Shown: piece after piece, positions 62,201 through 64,000 of the stretch | Numbering within the stretch: position 1 is the first letter of the stretch | Layout: every line of letters starts with the position of its first letter | From: Moniliella sp. 'wahieum' | Lineage: Eukaryota | Length of the DNA: 64,000 nucleotides | Assembly (NCBI GenBank): GCA_003971905.1 | Contig: RSEE01000030.1 | Location: forward strand, 186,001 to 250,000 | Direction of reading: 5' to 3' | Translations under genes and position numbers: made by a program | Notes under the pieces: model-generated | Told to the model about the DNA's origin: nothing | The model's database searches: none | What the model saw: only the letters and a program-made list of their open reading frames with translations

Positions 62201-63516
62201 TGAAACCCAGCCACTTGCCCCTCCACTCCCCGTCTCCTCCCACTGCCCAGAGCATCGGAGCGCTACCAACAGTTCTGGCGCTCTGCCCCCCGCTGGCTTG
62301 GTTCCTTGGCCCCTTGGATCGACGCCCAGCCCTGGAGTGGATGGCAAGCCCAGCGGAGGCGGGGTGCGAGACACCATGTTGCCTTTTGCCAAGCCTCCCA
62401 TCCGCCACATCTCTGCTCCTTTGCGCAAGGCCTCCGCACCCGAGCTGCCCCTGAGCCAGCGCCCTGGCTTGCCATCTGCCCCTCCACCCATCGCGCGGAT
62501 TTTCTTCCCGCGCCTGACGGGGCGGTTCAGTACGTTGGCAGCTGGCCCTTCTATTGGCAGTCCTACCCTCATCAGCCCCACACCCGACCTGTCCACCCGC
62601 ACAGGCTCTGGAACGACGGTTCCTACCCCCACTTTCCAGGGGGGCTCATTGGGTCGTGCCACGGGCATGAGCGCATTGGCCAACGCCTTGGGTTTGGATC
62701 GACCGGCTGGCCAACCAACTCCACTGCTTGTGCAGCCGCCGTGCCGGAAAAACCGACCTACCCTTTCGCCGGTCCAGCCCTGTCCGGCCCCGGCGACCGA
62801 CGTGGTCCCCATGCCCGCAGCGAGGGGCAAGACGGGCGAGTGCGAGTGCAGCTTCAGAGCCCAAAAAGGAGCAGGGGACAAAACCTATGTCCCAACCTAG
62901 TCCTCCCGGCTGCACGACCGCAGCCCCCGTGCCACCCGGGCCGTCGCGCACAGCTGGGTTGGCCTTGCGCGTCGCTGGCACAAAAATAAGGACGCCGATC
63001 AAGCCCAGGACCGGGAGGGTCCGATTCCTCTGTTGCGCTGGGGACCAACGCGTCGCTTGACACCGAGGGGGTGAACGCGGCGATCCCACCTCCCCGCCGG
63101 GCCTCCTGGTTTGGCACCATCTTTAATTCGAAACCGTCCGTCTACACCCTATACTCGTCTGCTGCCTTGCTGCCAACCCAACAAACGTTGGTGACGCTCG
63201 TTTCCCAGCTGGCACGGACGCTCACAGGCCCGAAAATGCGAGTGCGGCAGGTACCCGGTGGTACGGCTGAAGGGCACGGCGACCCAAGCGCGCAAGTCGT
63301 CCGCTTCCGTGTGGAACTGGCCGAGTTGAGTCAAAGGGGGGAAACAGTTTCGTCAGCGAAAGAGGTGGGAGCCAGGCACCCTCTGGCGCGCTGGTACGGA
63401 TCCGACTGCTGCACGAACGTGGGTCACATGCTACGCTCAAATCGGTTCATGGAGCGTTGAAGGAACGGTGGACGCTATTGCGCCCCGGCGATCTCGCACC
63501 TTCTCAGCTCGGATGA
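59294..63516 (+). CDS. Nim1/Gin4/Hsl1-like CAMKL Ser/Thr kinase; start uncertain
   Basis: [15 protein letters not shown], intron 59967-60043, then [60 protein letters not shown] and [11 protein letters not shown]. Long Ser/Pro-rich region. C-terminal SWFGTIF...VRFRVE resembles a KA1-like domain. Confidence 0.9.
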
Positions 63517-64000
63517 AGCTTGAGAAGAGCGGATTGAGCGTGTTGGATATGTACCGTTTTTTGATGTGTTTGCTTTGTGTTCTCTTATTCCCGTTTCGGC
63601 TTGCCATCCCTCCCTTCAGTGAATATGCATCCGAGACCAGTTGGGGGAGGAGGGTCGCGGTTTTTGTTTGTTTGTTTTTGTTCTTTTGGTGTTACAGTAC
63701 TGTTGTGTTATGAATATGGACTTGTGTAAATTTTCACCGTAGGACCATCTTCATCTTGGAGGGATATGCTCAGTTTAACCCAGACTCGGTTCACGCCCCT
63801 CGTTCAAATCCCATCTTAGGGTATGATGAGGTGCGTTTTTCGGCTTCGACGACGAACCTAGTAGAACCCCGCGGGTATTAGTAAGAAAAGGACGCTGTGG
63901 GTGCTGAAGTGCCGACCGGTGGCATGATGGTCAGGTATGTTGGCCGTATATATACAACAAAAGGGGCGCCACGAGTCCCATGACGTATTCACCGACGACC

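Noticed and set aside
615..63516. Calling the frameshifted genes pseudogenes
   Set aside because: Essential genes are equally affected and their motifs are intact, so assembly error is more parsimonious.

Overview
Eukaryotic, GC-rich, gene-dense and intron-poor fungal DNA, most likely a basidiomycete. This is inferred from short GT..CTRAC..YAG introns, an intron-containing tRNA and fungal-type proteins. Recognisable genes in order are: a divergent beta-tubulin, an OTU deubiquitinase, tRNA-Trp(CCA), RDS3/PHF5A, a DUF1776-like protein, PWP1, a nitrilase, SET1, a Dal5-family MFS permease, a Bem1-like SH3-PX-PB1 scaffold, an Ecl1-like zinc-finger protein, two unknown proteins, sulfite reductase MET5, REV3, an M1 aminopeptidase, a divergent SKP1 and a Gin4/Hsl1-like kinase. 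Almost every gene, including essential ones, is split by small frameshifts. That points to an error-prone assembly rather than pseudogenes, so gene boundaries are approximate. Notable observations: (i) many intergenic regions carry blocks each built from one short palindromic word (CTNAG, GTNAC, ATGCAT, TCGA/GATC, AACGTT), strung as a ~3 kb mosaic upstream of the Ecl1-like gene; (ii) a decayed Ty1/copia fragment bracketed by two ~205-bp LTR-like copies in inverted orientation; (iii) apparently diverged copies of normally very conserved proteins (beta-tubulin, SKP1, single-SH3 Bem1); (iv) a 12-bp perfect hairpin and a 5'-UTR intron upstream of MET5. No database searches were run; all calls come from motifs read by eye.
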